From Eledone cirrhosa (Eukaryota): DNA of 64,000 nt. The notes below the pieces were generated by a model. The model did not search any database. It was not told the DNA's origin and saw nothing but the letters and a program-made list of their open reading frames with translations. Position numbers and translations under genes: made by a program. How positions within the stretch are numbered: position 1 is the stretch's first letter; each line of letters starts with the position of its first letter. The stretch is taken from NCBI GenBank assembly GCA_964016885.1, contig OZ024754.1, positions 8,928,001 to 8,992,000 on the forward strand, given 5' to 3'. Below, in pieces: positions 23,791 through 37,858 of the stretch.

Positions 23791-25999
23791 GATAAAAACC
23801 ATATCACTCACCCAAAATAGTGCCACCAATGTTGTAAGTGTTTCGAATAAAACTTGTTTATTCAGAAATTATTCTCCTTTAATTTTATTTGTAAAAGTTG
23901 TAACCAACACTAGTTGTGACAAAACTGCATGGTACAGAATTTACAAACACTATATATATATGAGTGTATATAGAAATTATTATCCTTGAATATGATAGTA
24001 TCTGTATGTGTGTATAATTATGTGTATCTGTGTGTACGTATGTGTTCTTATATACATGTGTGCATATCTGCAGTGTCTGTTCTAGCTCTCAGAGTACAAA
24101 TCCCACTGAGGTGAAGTTGCTTCTATATTTTGAGATCCATAAATGAAATACCAATGAAATACTGGGGTTGATTCTTCTTTGTCATTGTCTGTCTATTCTT
24201 CTCTCTTTCTATATATATATCATCATGATCAACGTCTACCTTCCACACTAATATGGGTTAGCTGGGAGCTGTCCCACTTGAGGAAAAAATTGGTCGGGTG
24301 ACCATGTCTCGCTTGTATAGGGCTATGTATATATATATGATGGAGGCACATGGCTTAGTGGTTAGAGCATTGGCCTTGCAATCGAAAGGTTGTGAGTTCC
24401 ATTCTCAGACCGGGTGATGTGTTGTTTCCTTGAGCAAGACACTTTATTTCACATTGCTCCAGTTTACTCAGCTGTAGAAATGAGATGATAGGGACTGGGG
24501 TCCCTATTATTCCACTACAAAGTGGTCGTGGAGGTGCCACGGCAAAAAAAGCACCCAGCACTCACTGTAAATGAGGTTGGTGTTAGGAAGGGCATCCAGC
24601 TGTAGAAATCGAGCCAGAATCAGTTCCCGTCCCACCCTTGCAAGCAGGGAAAAGTGTACGTAAAATGAAATGATGATGATGATGATGATATATATACCCA
24701 GGAGTGAGACACGATCTCCTGACCCAACTTATCTCTAAATGGGCCAAACAAAATGAAGACATAACAAATCGTCCTTTATATATATATATATATATTTGTG
24801 TTGGTGCTCTAAAATAGTGATGTATATTGTATGTTTATTTAAAACACTTTGAAGGCCTTTCGCTATAAATTTAAGGTAGTGAATATAGTCATATACCTAG
24901 CTTCAGTGAAACCAAAGGGAAATAACCAATGATCGTTTCTCACATTTTAGTGCTTATCAAGGTTATATATCCCTTCTTTTTGCTGTGAGCTGTAGAAGCT
25001 GGATTCTTATAGAATTCCAATTATGTGTATGAGCTGTTTAATCTCATTAACATACAGAGTGGTTGCCTTAAGCAAGGTATGTAACATCTGTAACTATCTT
25101 GAATTCATAGCGAAAGGGCTTCAAAATGTTATTTAGAAAAACTATATTATTAACTATAAAATATGTACATTCATATATATATAAACTTAAGCAAATTAAG
25201 AAGGAGAAGACCAGACAAATTAGAACAATATTTTAAGGGGAATCCTTAAAGAATAATTTTTGAAAATAAAAATACAAATGAATGAAATAGAACTCCAGAT
25301 TCATTGGCTGTTGAGATGGACTTGGCCAATTTCAACCCCTACCAATGGTACTGCTGGTCACAGCATCTGTCACAAGCCAATGCGCTGTCCTCTGGTGTAA
25401 GAGATGAGACAACACAATAATTTTTTAGCAATTGAGCTACAACAAGTAAACATGGATTTATGTGCTGTCAGGAAAAAGGTATTGTACTTTCATACAACAA
25501 AACTCATGAGTGAAACAAAGAAAAAGTCGGAAAAAAGGCAAGATGAAGAAAGTAAGATATTGTGTTAAAATATGTAAGCCATTGAAATTAATGAGGGGAC
25601 GCGGAGAACAAGTTTATCACAGATTAGTAATGATTAACCTAGGTAATTTTAACAAAAGGGGCAAAACATGATACAATTTTTTAAGAGGAAACCTTAAAAT
25701 ATTATTTCTTGAAAATATATACATATATCTTTTTCATTTGATTTATATATATATGTTCAGTAGAGATTGTTTCGGTAAAAACAAGCGCATTGCCTGCGGC
25801 ATATCACAAATTTTGGATTTTCATCGAGGATTTCATTCTCATAACAAATGCATGGACTACATCTTGGATTGCATAAGAGAACCGTTGAAATAATTATTAT
25901 GAATGAGCGGTTTATATCACATCAGCATCTTAATGTTATTCTTATATATATATATATATATATACATATATGTAGGTTTTATATGTGGCTGATGCTCAG

Positions 26000-26920
26000 G
26001 TGCAGTAAGTAGCAAGTGCCCACTGGATACTAGCTCTTTCAACTACCCAGATGGTTCTATAGAAATAGTAGGCACTTTCTGTTATCAGGGTGACAAAATC
26101 AACAGTGGAGGAGAGTGTACTGAAAGTACAGTAGCCAGAAAAAGAACGGGATGGAAAAAGTTCAGAGAGCTAATACCACTGTTAGCCGCAAAAGGTTTCT
26201 CTCTAAAAATGAAAGGCCAATTGTATGATGCTTGTATACAAACAACAATGTTACATGGTAGTTAGACCTGGGTATTGTGTGCACAGATTGGAAAGGAATG
26301 AAGCATGCATGCTCCGATGGATGTAATAGTAATATAGACAAAGGGTAAGTGTACTAAGTGAAAAATTAGGCATAAGAGGGATTAGATGTAGTTTACTAGA
26401 GAGGAGATTATGTTGGTATGATCATGTGATGCATATGAAGAACGACAGCTCTATAGGGCGTTCAAAATTGATGGAAGACTCATAACGAGGTGATAAAAGC
26501 TGACCTTGCACACTTGAACCTCTCTAAGACAATGACACAGGATCGAGATGTTTGGCGCTATGCAGTAATACAGAAGCCAACCTTCCTTTGTGCACGGACT
26601 TCTAGGCACCTTTTAATCCAATATAGATTCCACACACACCTCCCTTCCACTACCACCCACACCACCTTTACTCTGTAAAGTTATGTTGGTACCACAAAAC
26701 ATCCAGCTCACACTGGAAATTGATCGTGTAGGTGTCACGACAAAATGCACCCAGTCCACATTGTAAAATAGTCATGTAGGTTTCGTGACAAAAAGATCTT
26801 AGTCTGCACTGTATGAACAAGGCATGGTCACCTGACCTAGCATTGCAAACAACAGGGCACTCGTTAAACCCATGCTAGCGTGGAAAAATGGATGTAAAGT
26901 GGTGATGATGATGATTATAT
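26000..26920 (+). mobile_element. Old RTE 3' fragment present in every unit (also ~39540-40460, 48450-49370, 62660-63575)
   Basis: GWKKFRELIPLLAAKGFSLKMKG and IKADLAHLNLS..DRDVWRYAVIQ; (ATG)n tail. Confidence 0.8.
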
Positions 26921-27512
26921 ATATATATATTATTGTTTTAACTTCACCTGTTGCAAATTTTTTTATATTGTTTTTGTAAAAAAAAACAATCTTTTGTGCA
27001 CACACACACATTATATATATATATATATATATTTCTTTATTGAGTTTCTACTTTGGGCACAAGGCCAGCGAAATACCTCAGTGCACCACTGGTACTTTAT
27101 TTTATCGACCCCGTAAGGATGAAAGGCAAAGTTAACCTTGGTGGGATTTGAACTCATATTGGCAAGGGCCGTAACTCTTTGCATCAAAGCATGGCGTCCG
27201 AGCCTCTACCGATACTGCCAATCCACCGCCCTTGTATATATATAAATAGATAATCCCGTTCATTTCTCTTATAATATATATACATATATATAACGTTCTC
27301 TTTTTTTTGTTTTATTTCAAGTAACTTACAAGGGATATTCTATGATTGACTAGAATCACTTCCAGTGTGTGTATTTATTTACAACATTGATATTCTACAC
27401 CACATTCGTCATCTATGTGACACTTGTAATGTTATTTTTACAACCAGGAATAAAATTGTTCTTGAGATATTCACTGCGAACCTGTACTTTCTCTATTTCT
27501 TGTTCGGACTTG

Positions 27513-27543
<31 letters not shown>

Positions 27544-28226
27544 ATTTACTACACCACATTTTTCATCTGTGTGATATTTTTGTAATGTTATTTATACAAC
27601 CGGGAATAAAATAATTCTTACCCTAACCCTTATTATTCACTGCGAACCTGAACTGTTTCTATTTCCTGTCTCACCATCTTCCATTCTTTCATCAATCTCT
27701 CGTCATTAATTTCCATCAATTTCTGTCTCCTTTTCTATATTTTATATTTTCAAGGTATTTCAACAATTTTTATAATTTTTACGTTTCTTTCGTTAATTTA
27801 TTCAGTTTTATATTTAAAATATTTCTGAGTAACTTTTCCTGTATTTTCCGTCTAAATATTGTTTATATATATATATATAAATGAGGTATAGAGATTGTTT
27901 TAGCGAGAAGCTAATAGTATTCTATAACATATATGCGACTATAACGTCAAGATGGGAAAAGTAGTTAACGTAAGATTTAGGAAAAATAAAGATATATAGA
28001 TATATATAATTAGAAAGTGAACAACACAAAATATAACTACTCCATTACCAAAGCTTTCTGGATCCCAGATAATAATGATATACGTCTTTTCCTTCGGAAT
28101 TACCTAATACATATATATATATATATTTGTAGTAATGTTGCTTTGATGCGTCCATAGGTGGTATGCCGTTTGAGCACTATGCCCCTCGATGGAAAGCGAA
28201 GAATCAGTGAAACAATTTATTACGTA

Positions 28227-29149
28227 CTAGCAGTAAAGCCCGGCGTTGCTCGGGGTCGCTCAGTAGCTGTGTTAAAGTTACAATGTTAAGTTTCTTTCTT
28301 GACTTAAAAACTGTAGTGTCTACTGTGCAGACTTGCATGTGGTGTTTTTGATTAATATTCCCTCAACCAACAATATGCCTTATGAAGTTAAGAAAACAGC
28401 GATAACCCGAATGTTATAACCAAAGAGGATGCTGGGGATAGAAACTGCACTGGTTATTTATTAACAAAGATCGAAAATGTAAACACTGCAACGCAGAGAA
28501 AAACATTAGCGTAACCAAATTATCAGTTATGTCTGTCTGCACGCCTATATCACCTCTCTGCACGACTATCTGTCTGCACGCCTATATCACCTCTCTGCAC
28601 GCCTATATCACCTCTCTGCACGACTGTCTGTCTGCACGCCTATATCACCTCTCTGCACGACTATCTGTCTGCACGCGTATATCACCTCTCTGCACGACTG
28701 TCTGTCTGCACGCCTAACGACGAAATATTTGCTTGTTTTACGTAGTCTTTAAATAGACTTGTTTTCAAGTAAAAATATTGTTTTAAAATGCTTTTAAATG
28801 GAAATGAAGCAAAACGGAAGCTTAGTGTTCGAACTGATGAATTTTGCAGGTCAATATTTTGCTGGCTCGACAACTGTTCGTGAGAAAGCCAGCGTAATTT
28901 TTTACGTAAGACGCTCAATGTAAACAGAACAAAGGGAAATAACTGATAACTTACGCTCAAAAATCGATACATTATATTCGATTTCGTCACATAGGGTGGG
29001 TCAATTTGAAATTTTTTTTTTCCGATGTCTTCGCTAGGGCTCAATGTACAAGTATAGCAATTTCGGTGCAATTCCGTGAGAGATTCTGAGAGGAGATGTG
29101 TGCCAAAAATCGATAGACAGACAGACAACCACAGTTTTATATATATAGA
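28227..29149 (-). mobile_element. Non-autonomous Helitron, 923 bp, unit 1 only; contains a ~36-bp minisatellite at 28531-28715
   Basis: Minus strand 5'-TCtatatatataaa; 3' hairpin cccgagcaacgccggg then CTAG; inserted between A and T without TSD; empty sites at 41950 and 56173. Confidence 0.9.
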
Positions 29150-29830
29150 TTACAATTGTTTTTCCAGCGAAAAGCTCCAGGTGTGATCTATTCGCCAGAG
29201 AAACAATTGTAATACGTAATTGTGTTCCGATACATCACTGATTCTTCGTTTTCCATATATAAATATATATATATAAGTTTATCACAGTTCAATCGGGGGT
29301 AACCACAGTAAGTAAGGTACTCAATACAAAGCAGAGTATAAATATTTAATATAGAAAAGGCTTCTACAGGACTAGAACCGTTTCCTTCGGGAAAAATTAT
29401 CAGGAAGCCCTATATATATATATGAAAAGTGAAGGCGCGTGGCTGAGTAGTTAGTGAATTGGACTCTCAATCGTAAGGTTGTGAGTTCGATTCCCGGACC
29501 GAGCTATGCGTTATGTCCTTGGGCAAGACACTGTATTTCACGTTGCTCCTTCTACCTGGGGTTGCGACCGATAGAAAGTATTAGCAATTGGAAAGACCAG
29601 TATATGAAAAGAGTCAGGGCTCCGGCCGTTTTAACAGCTATATGCGAAACGGCCGGAGCTCAGCCGTCGATGTCCTGACTATTTTCATATTACCCACTCT
29701 ACTACCCAAAGTATTGGTAGACCTGGTATCTTACCTCACCCTCTTTGTTATATAAATATATATATCCAGCGAACCTCAACCGTTAAGACTGTCTTTATGC
29801 GGGTATGTCAATATTTATAAAACAAATTTG

Positions 29831-29896
29831 TATTTTATCTAATGAAAGCGCACCATAATTTGCCTTGGTTGCCCTTGAAATATATATAATAAAATA
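29831..29896 (+). ncRNA. Hammerhead motif with G5A core change (CTAATGA); copy at 42632-42697
   Basis: tattttat CTAATGA aag..ctt GAAA tatata TA ataaaata, inside a PLE-end remnant at ~29800-30010. Confidence 0.6.
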
Positions 29897-31763
29897 ATTA
29901 TGGTATAATTAATATATTGAATATTTACTCCACTAACTTGTTGAGTGCTTTATATCAGTTATAAAAATGTTTAAGCTTGTTGAATCCCAACAAATTAAAT
30001 ATAACCTCTGCATATATATATATATGTGTGTGTGTGTATTTATAAATATATATATAAGTTAGACAATATATATAATAGACAATATATTACACCTCCACAT
30101 CTGATATATACGAATAGGCTATGTAGCCGGTAAAACCAATAGGGTCGCAACACACATCGCTATAGTGTTTCACCAGCCCTTCCTCAATCATTCATAGATG
30201 TGTGTGTATGTAATAATTATTTTGTATAATGTGTCTATAAATATATATCAGTAGATGTGTATGTATCACAAATATTCATCCCCCATCCTTGCTTTGGTCT
30301 CAATCTTCCCCCACCCTCGCTTATTTATTTTTCAGATTTTTCTCACCGCCTCCCCGTACTTAATACACCCATCCTCTGTTTATTACATTTTTATTTTAAG
30401 TGGTAGCATTTCGGCGACAATTTTCTTTAGACATTAAAAAACATTATACATGACAAAAAAAAAGTACATTATTAGAAATCCCATATGTTATAAAATAAAT
30501 AAGATGGGTTGGGGCTCTCACTATGTAAACTAAATGACAGATTCTGGTTTTCTATCTCTGGTGAAATTTTGAAAAATTATCGATTTTCCACCCACCCCTT
30601 GCTTATTTCTGTTTCAATGTATTTAATATGACAAAAAACACGTGGTCATGTAGGTGTCACACCAAAATGCACACAGTTCACACTCTAAAGTGGTTATGTA
30701 GGTGTCACAACAAAAAGCACCCATGCTTCACTGTAAAGTTGTCCTGTAGGAGTCACGGTAAAAAGCACCCAGCATACACCGTAAATGTGGTTTGTGTTAG
30801 GAAGGACATCCGGCCATGGAAAAGAAGCCAGAAACAGTTCTGTGTGAGTTAGACATGGTCACCTGGCCTAGCATTGCCTTAAATGGGACAACCCGTCTAA
30901 TCCAGGCTAACATGGAAAATGGCCATTAAATGATAACTATATGTTTTTGTGTGTGTGTAAAGCCCTGCAAATATACTTCCCACTAATTGTGTCTACAGGA
31001 ATAACACAAGTCATGTTAGTGGGGTGCCTAGAGTAGCCATGTGTGAGGATCCCTTGACTGTTATCAAGCAATTGCACAGCATTTTCCCCTTCCAGGTAGA
31101 AAGAACTGTTACTCAAGGAACTGTCAAGTTACACATCTCAGGTCTCAGACAATTACTATGTTGGAAAGTCCTATAAGAATGAATTTTGGGGTAAAGACTA
31201 TAGGGAAGACCTCCCAAGAGATAAAAGGCTAAAATATATATAGAGCATGCTGGAATACCACTGCTCACATTGGAGAGTATTGCTCTGGACAGGAAAGATA
31301 TCTAGTTTACCAATATAGAAATATAAAATTTCCACTGTTAAATCTATCTCTGCTTCTTAAGTATTCTCTATTATCTCATACCGTTTCTTTCTTATTTCAG
31401 AATATCAGATGACATTGGGATAAATTAATTTTTAATCTTGAATATATCACCTATATTTATCATCATTTCAAGACTAAACTTTTCATACGGAACTGATATA
31501 ACATTGTTTATATTAGAATTACTGTGAAAAATTTCTTCAGAACTGTGTTTATCGGAAAAATTTTGTTTCCTCACCAGCCAAAATATTTACAAGATGATTT
31601 TGAATCTTAACTAAAGTTGGATCACAAAGAAGTTTGCATCATCTTCAGATCTTGACTGAGATCACAGTTGGGGGAAATATAGCAGAAGAAATATCTTCAG
31701 GAATATAATATATAAAATAATACAAGAATAACATCTGTAAATTCAGTCAAGGGAAGAAGAAAC

Positions 31764-33125
31764 ATGGAAAATAAATTGAGTGAGAAGAAGATTAAATGTG
31801 AAACATTGTCTGAAGATATTACTAATCCAGAAGACATGCCAAACGATAAAATAAGGAAGTCATATCACTGCGATATCTGTGGTAAATCATTCACTCAAAG
31901 TAGTACCTTAACTAGACACAAACGTATACATACAGGAGAGAAACCATATCACTGTGATATCTGTGGTAAATCATTCTCAGTAAGTGATAAATTAACTTCT
32001 CACAAATATACACATACAGGAGAGAAGCCATATCACTGTGATATCTGTGGTAAATCATTCGCTAAATCGGATGCATTAACTATTCACAAACGTATACATA
32101 CAGGAGACAAGCCACATCACTGTGATATCTGTGGTAAATCTTTCTCAGTAAGTGGTACATTAACTTCTCACATGCGTAGCCATACAGGTGAGAAACCATA
32201 CCACTGTGTCATCTGTGGTAAATCATTCTCTCAAAGTGGTCACTTAAGTACACACAAACGTATACATACAGGAGACAAGCCACATCACTGTGGTATCTGT
32301 GGTAAATCTTTCTCAGTAAGTGCTACATTAAATTCTCACATACATACCCATACAGGTCAAAAACCATACCACTGTGACATCTGTGGTAAATCATTCTCTA
32401 TATCGGGTAGTTTAACTATTCACAAACATAAACATACAGGAGACAAGCCATATCTCTGTGATATCTGTGGTAAATCATTCTCAGTAAGTGATAAATTAAC
32501 TTCTCACATGCGTAGCCATACAGGTGAGAAACCATACCACTGTGATATCTGTGGTAAATCATTCTCATTAAATGGTACATTAAATTCTCACATGCATACC
32601 CATACAGGTCAGAAACCATACCACTGTGACATCTGTGGTAAATCATTCTCTATATCGGGTAGTTTAACTATTCACAAACGTACACATACAGGAGATAAGC
32701 CATATCACTGTGATATCTGTGGTAAATCGTTCTCTGTATCGAGTGGTTTAACTAGTCACAAACGTATACATACAGGAGAGAAGCCATATCACTGTGATAT
32801 CTGTGGTAAATCATTCTCTAAATCGTGTGCTTTAACTAGTCACAAACGTATACATACAGGAGAGAAGCCATACCACTGTGACATCTGTGGTAAATCATTC
32901 TCTGTATCATGTGCTTTAACTATTCACAAACGTATACATACAGGAGAGAAGCCATACCACTGTGACATCTGTGGTAAATCATTCTCTGTATCGTGTGCTT
33001 TAACTAGTCACAAACGTATACATACAGGAAAAAAGCCATATCACTGTGATATCTGTGGTATATCATTCTCTGTATCAAGTAGGTTAACTAGACACAAATA
33101 TACCCATACAGGAGAGAAACCATAA
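31764..33125 (+). CDS. C2H2 zinc-finger protein 2 (453 aa, 15 fingers)
   Basis: 33-aa leader plus 15 x 28 aa. Confidence 0.92.
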   Translation: MENKLSEKKIKCETLSEDITNPEDMPNDKIRKSYHCDICGKSFTQSSTLTRHKRIHTGEKPYHCDICGKSFSVSDKLTSHKYTHTGEKPYHCDICGKSFAKSDALTIHKRIHTGDKPHHCDICGKSFSVSGTLTSHMRSHTGEKPYHCVICGKSFSQSGHLSTHKRIHTGDKPHHCGICGKSFSVSATLNSHIHTHTGQKPYHCDICGKSFSISGSLTIHKHKHTGDKPYLCDICGKSFSVSDKLTSHMRSHTGEKPYHCDICGKSFSLNGTLNSHMHTHTGQKPYHCDICGKSFSISGSLTIHKRTHTGDKPYHCDICGKSFSVSSGLTSHKRIHTGEKPYHCDICGKSFSKSCALTSHKRIHTGEKPYHCDICGKSFSVSCALTIHKRIHTGEKPYHCDICGKSFSVSCALTSHKRIHTGKKPYHCDICGISFSVSSRLTRHKYTHTGEKP

Positions 33126-34295
33126 CAACATCATATCTCTTTATATCAAAATGGTGAATTAATTAGACACAAATACATTCATAACAGTGAGAAGCCATAC
33201 TGTGATATTCAGGAGAAATTATTCTCTTTCATTGCTATATTAACTACACAAACATATTCATAAAGGAGAAAAGCCATATCACTGTAATACTTGTGGTAAA
33301 TCATTATCTATAAAAGGATAAACATATACATACAGGAGAGAAACCATATCACTGTGATATCTGTGGGAAATCATTCTCTGAAATTTGTCACTTCATAGAC
33401 ACTAACATTTACAGAAAAGCAACCATATCACTCTGGTGTCTGGAGTAAATCATTCTCTAATAATTGTTTCTGCTTTTAGCACAAGGCCATCATTTACCCA
33501 GTGCATTACTGATATTTTATTTTGTTAACCTCGGCAGAATTTGAACTCAGATCATAAAGGGCCATAATATTCTCTAATAATTGGGGCTTCATTACACACT
33601 GACATATTCAGGAGAGAACCATATCACTGTGATAAATCATTCTCTAAATGTTGTGGCTTCAGTAGACACTGACATATACAGGAGAGGAACCACATCAGTG
33701 TGATGTCTGTGGTAAATGATTCTTTTGGACAGGTTACTTAATGCAAGACAATCAGACAAGATAAAAACCATATCACTCACCCAAAATAGTGCCACCAATG
33801 TTGTAAGTGTTCTGAATAAAACTTGTTTATTCAGAAATTATTCTCCTTTAATTTTATTTGTAAAAGTTGTAACCAACACTAGTTGTGACAAAACTGCATG
33901 GTACAGAATTTACAAACGCTATATATATATGAGTGTATATAGAAATTATTATCCTTGAATATGATAGTATCTGTATGTGTGTATAATTATGTGTATCTGT
34001 GTGTACGTATGTGTTCTTATATACATGTGTGCATATCTGCAGTGTCTGTTCTAGCTCTCAGAGTACAAATCCCACTGAGGTGAAGTTGCTTCTATATTTT
34101 GAGATCCATAAATGAAATACCAATGAAATACTGGGGTTGATTCTTCTTTGTCATTGTCTGTCTATTCTTCTCTCTTTCTATATATATATCATCATGATCA
34201 ACGTCTACCTTCCACACTGATATGGGTTAGCTGGGAACTGTCCCACTTGAGGAAAAAATTGGTCGGGTGACCATGTCTCGCTTGTATAGAGCTAT

Positions 34296-37200
34296 CATCA
34301 TCACCGTTTTACGTCCGTTCTTCCACGCTAGCATGGGTTAGACGGGTTGTCCTGTTGTGGGCAGTGTCTGGTCGGCTGACCATGCCTTGCTCATACAGGA
34401 ACTGATCTGGCTTGATTTCTACAGCTGGATGCCCTTCCTAACACCAACCTTATTTACAGTGAGTGCTGGGTGCTTTTTCGTGGCGCCTACACGTCCACTT
34501 TACAGTGTGGGCTGGGTGCTTTTTGCGGTGGGGGGGGGGGGGGGGGGGGGGGCATATTGTTTATATGCTTCAGCATGTACCCATGGGAGGTCGGGTACCC
34601 TGTATTACTGCGTGACGCCAGAAGTCACGGTCGTGTGTCATTGACTTTGAGAGGTGTAGTTGGGTAAGGTCGGCTTTTATCACCTCATCCCAAGTCATCT
34701 TGGGTCTCCCCACTCCGCGGTTTCCATCAACTTCTAGTGCTCTGCACCTTTTTATGCAGCTGTCATCCTTCATACGCATCACATGTCCATACCAGCGTAA
34801 CCGCCTCTCCTGCACGCAGCATTTGATTCCTCTTATGCTCAGTCTCTCTCTCAATTCCTTTATGCTTTGTCGTTCACGTATATTACTGTTACACATCCAT
34901 CGGAGCATGCAGGCTTCGTTTCTCTCTAATCTACGTAAGTCTTCCACCTTCAGCGCCCAGGTCTCACTACCATGCAACATCGCTGTTCGGATACACGCAT
35001 CATACAGTCTGCCTTTCATTCTGAGGGAGAAGCCTTTTGCAGCTAGCAGTGGTAGTAGTTCCCTAAACTTCTTCCATCCCGTTCTTACCCTAGTTATTGT
35101 ACTTTCTGAGCACCCACCTCCGCTGCTAATTCGGTCACCTAGGTAGCAGAAGCTGTCTACTGTTTCTACAGGGCCCTCCCAGAGATTGGTGGTACTTGTT
35201 TCCTGTGGCTGTTTGCTTGCTGTTTCAGCACAGCTGCTGCATGTGAATCCTACATTCTTAATTAAGCTTCCTGAGATCCCGCTACATCTCTTGTGTACCC
35301 ATTGTTTGCATTTGGGGCAGAGAATGGAGTTCCTACCTACACCTTTCCTACATACTGAGCAAGGCCATTTCCCTGAGGGGATCTGGGTTCTGTTTTCTCG
35401 TCTACTTATAAGGACCTTAGTCTTTGTCATGTTGACTTTGAGGCCCTTTCTCTCTAGTCCCTGCTTCCAGGTTTGGAATTTATTCTCTAGTTCTACCATA
35501 GATTCAGCTATGAGTGCGAGGTCATCAGCATACAGGAGTTCCCATGGGCATCCGGTCTTAAACTCCTCCGTTATTGCCTGCAGGACTATGATGAACAGGA
35601 GAGGGCTAAGAACAGAGCCCTGGTGGACCCCAACCTGTACGCTAAATTCCTCGCTATACTCATTGCCAATCCTAACTTTGCTGACTGCTCCCCTATACAT
35701 GGCTTGTACCGCTTTCACAAGCCATTCATCTACTCCTAGTTTTCTAAGAGCCCACCAGATTACTGCACGTGGAACTCTGTCAAAGGCTTTCTCAAGGTCG
35801 ACAAATGCCAAGTAGAGTGGCTTACTTTTAGCTAGGTACTTTTCCTGTAATTGCCTCACAAGGAAGAGGGCATCAGTGGTGCCTTTCCCTGGTACAAACC
35901 CAAATTGCATCTCGTCTATATTCACCCGGTCCCTAATCAGCTGTGCTATAACTCTTTCTGTTACTTTCATGACCTGGTCCATCAACTTTATACCTCTATA
36001 GTTTCCTCTATCTAGTGCATCGCCTTTACCTTTGTAGCAGTTGACAATGATGCTACTGCACCAATCTTTTGGTATGGCCCCCTCTAGTATTACCTGGTTA
36101 ACGATACGTGTGGTTATAGTGTGACCTACAGACCCAGATGCCTTCAGCATCTCGGCAGCTATACCCGATGGACCGGTTGCCTTCCCTATCTTCATATCTC
36201 TGATTGCCTTACTTACTACGCTGCCGCTGACTTGTACTGCTGGTCCCTCTATAAGGTCTACGTGGGGTAGGGTCTCTTCTTCCCATGCATTCTCCTCATT
36301 TAGTAATCTATCATAATGACTCTTCCATGCATCTTTCTTCTCAGCACTTGTGAGGACAAGCTCACCTTTATCATTCCGGATACACTTCTCTCCAATGACA
36401 TCACAACTATCTCTGACACACTGCCTCGCAATCTTGAATACCTCCTGTTTCTGGTCCTCACGTTGTAAAACATGCTTGAATTTTCTATCCTCTGCTTCCC
36501 TCCTAGCTAAGTATACTTGTCGCCTAGCTTCCCTCTTGGTCTCTATGTAATGTACCCTGCTCCCCCCGTTCTTCCATTCTTTCCATGCCTGTCTCTTGGC
36601 CTTGACTGCTTCATCTACCTTATTGTTCCACCACCAAGTCACTCTCCTCCTGCTTGAGGTCTTACTCCAGCCACAAACCTCATCCGTCGCCTCTAGTAAG
36701 TTATTTTTTAGGAACTCCCAGTTCTCTTCTACGTTAAATGTCTCTATCTGTTCTTCTTTACTGTCGTAGGCGTTGAGTAAAATATCTTTAAATCTGTTAC
36801 TGGTTGAAGGGACTTTCAGCTTCCAGATCTTTCTTCTCCAGGTTGGCCTCTGTTTCAGGGCTCATCTAGTTCTGACCGTGAGGTCGCTGACAACTAAGCT
36901 ATGTTGGGATGTACATTCCTCACTAGGGAAGGCTTTTGTGTTTACGACCGTCCATCTGTCACGTCCTCTGATGAGGATAAAATCTAACTGACTAGAGTGC
37001 TCCCCTGATCTATAGGTGATCAGGTGGTTGTCGGGTTTTTTAAAGTTTGTGTTACATATCGACATGTCATTGGCGTCGCAGAATTCTAGAAGTCTGAATC
37101 CTTCCTCATTCCTTGTGCCAACTCCATGGCCTCCATGTACTCTATTGAAGCCGTCGCAGTGTTTACCTACGTGTCCGTTAAAATCTCCTGCAATGATTAG

Positions 37201-37858
37201 GAAGTCCTTGTCGTCTGTTAGAGCAGTAGTGTGTATTAGGGACTCGTAAAACCTATCCTTAAGTTCGTCTGGCAGCCCCGATTGGGGTGCGTAAGCTGAT
37301 ATTATTGTGGTAATTGTCTTATTCAGGACTAGTCTGAGTTTAATGATTCTTGCATTTACCCTGTACACTGAGATTACTTTATCTACCCACTTGTCAGCTA
37401 ATAGTATACCTACACCACCCATCCCATCGTCATTTCCCACCCAGAAAAATTTGTAGCACTGGCTTTTTCCTACAAGGACTCTAGCAGACCCTCCTCTCCA
37501 TCTAGTCTCTTGCACACAGCATACATCAACTTCCTTTCGTTCTACGATTTCTCCTGCTCTTCCTTTCATTGAGCCTACATTGATGGTACCAACTCGGAGT
37601 TTTGGGCATTTGTCGACACTCGTAGGGGAGGGTCTCTGGGTTGGCGCTTCACGTGGGTGCTTGGTAGCTCGCAGATTCATATTTCATCTATTGATTCAGA
37701 GTTGTTCGTGTATTCCCAGCTCATCCATCCATAACGGTGGGAAAATTGAGGGCTAGAAGAACAGTGGTGGTGGGGTAATGGCAGGGTGTGTTGGGATGCG
37801 CCAGAGGAGGAGAGAGTTAGTTAGGCAGGTAGTAGCAGCAGCAGTGGAAATGGCATGC
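34296..37858 (-). mobile_element. Near-intact, apparently full-length RTE-clade LINE (APE, RT, PHD-like finger), unit 2 only
   Basis: Single frame 37680-34570 broken only by TGA at 36864-36862; QET, GDFNGHVG, LDFIL, AFVDLEKAFD, GVHQGSVLSP, YADD; (ATG)n tail; short TSD gctat; empty sites near 24320 and 47125. Confidence 0.92.

Noticed and set aside
23747-23989. 80-aa ORF conserved in all four units
   Set aside because: Lies in the ZNF 3' region and starts in a fossil finger; conservation is explained by recent duplication and the frame shifts in unit 3
27390-27660. Diverged ~140-bp direct repeat as a structured RNA
   Set aside because: No ribozyme or snRNA consensus recognised; probably two related repeat fragments
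34530-34552. Long G run as a functional G-quadruplex
   Set aside because: Variable-length homopolymer in the RTE 3' UTR (shorter at ~51513); no further support
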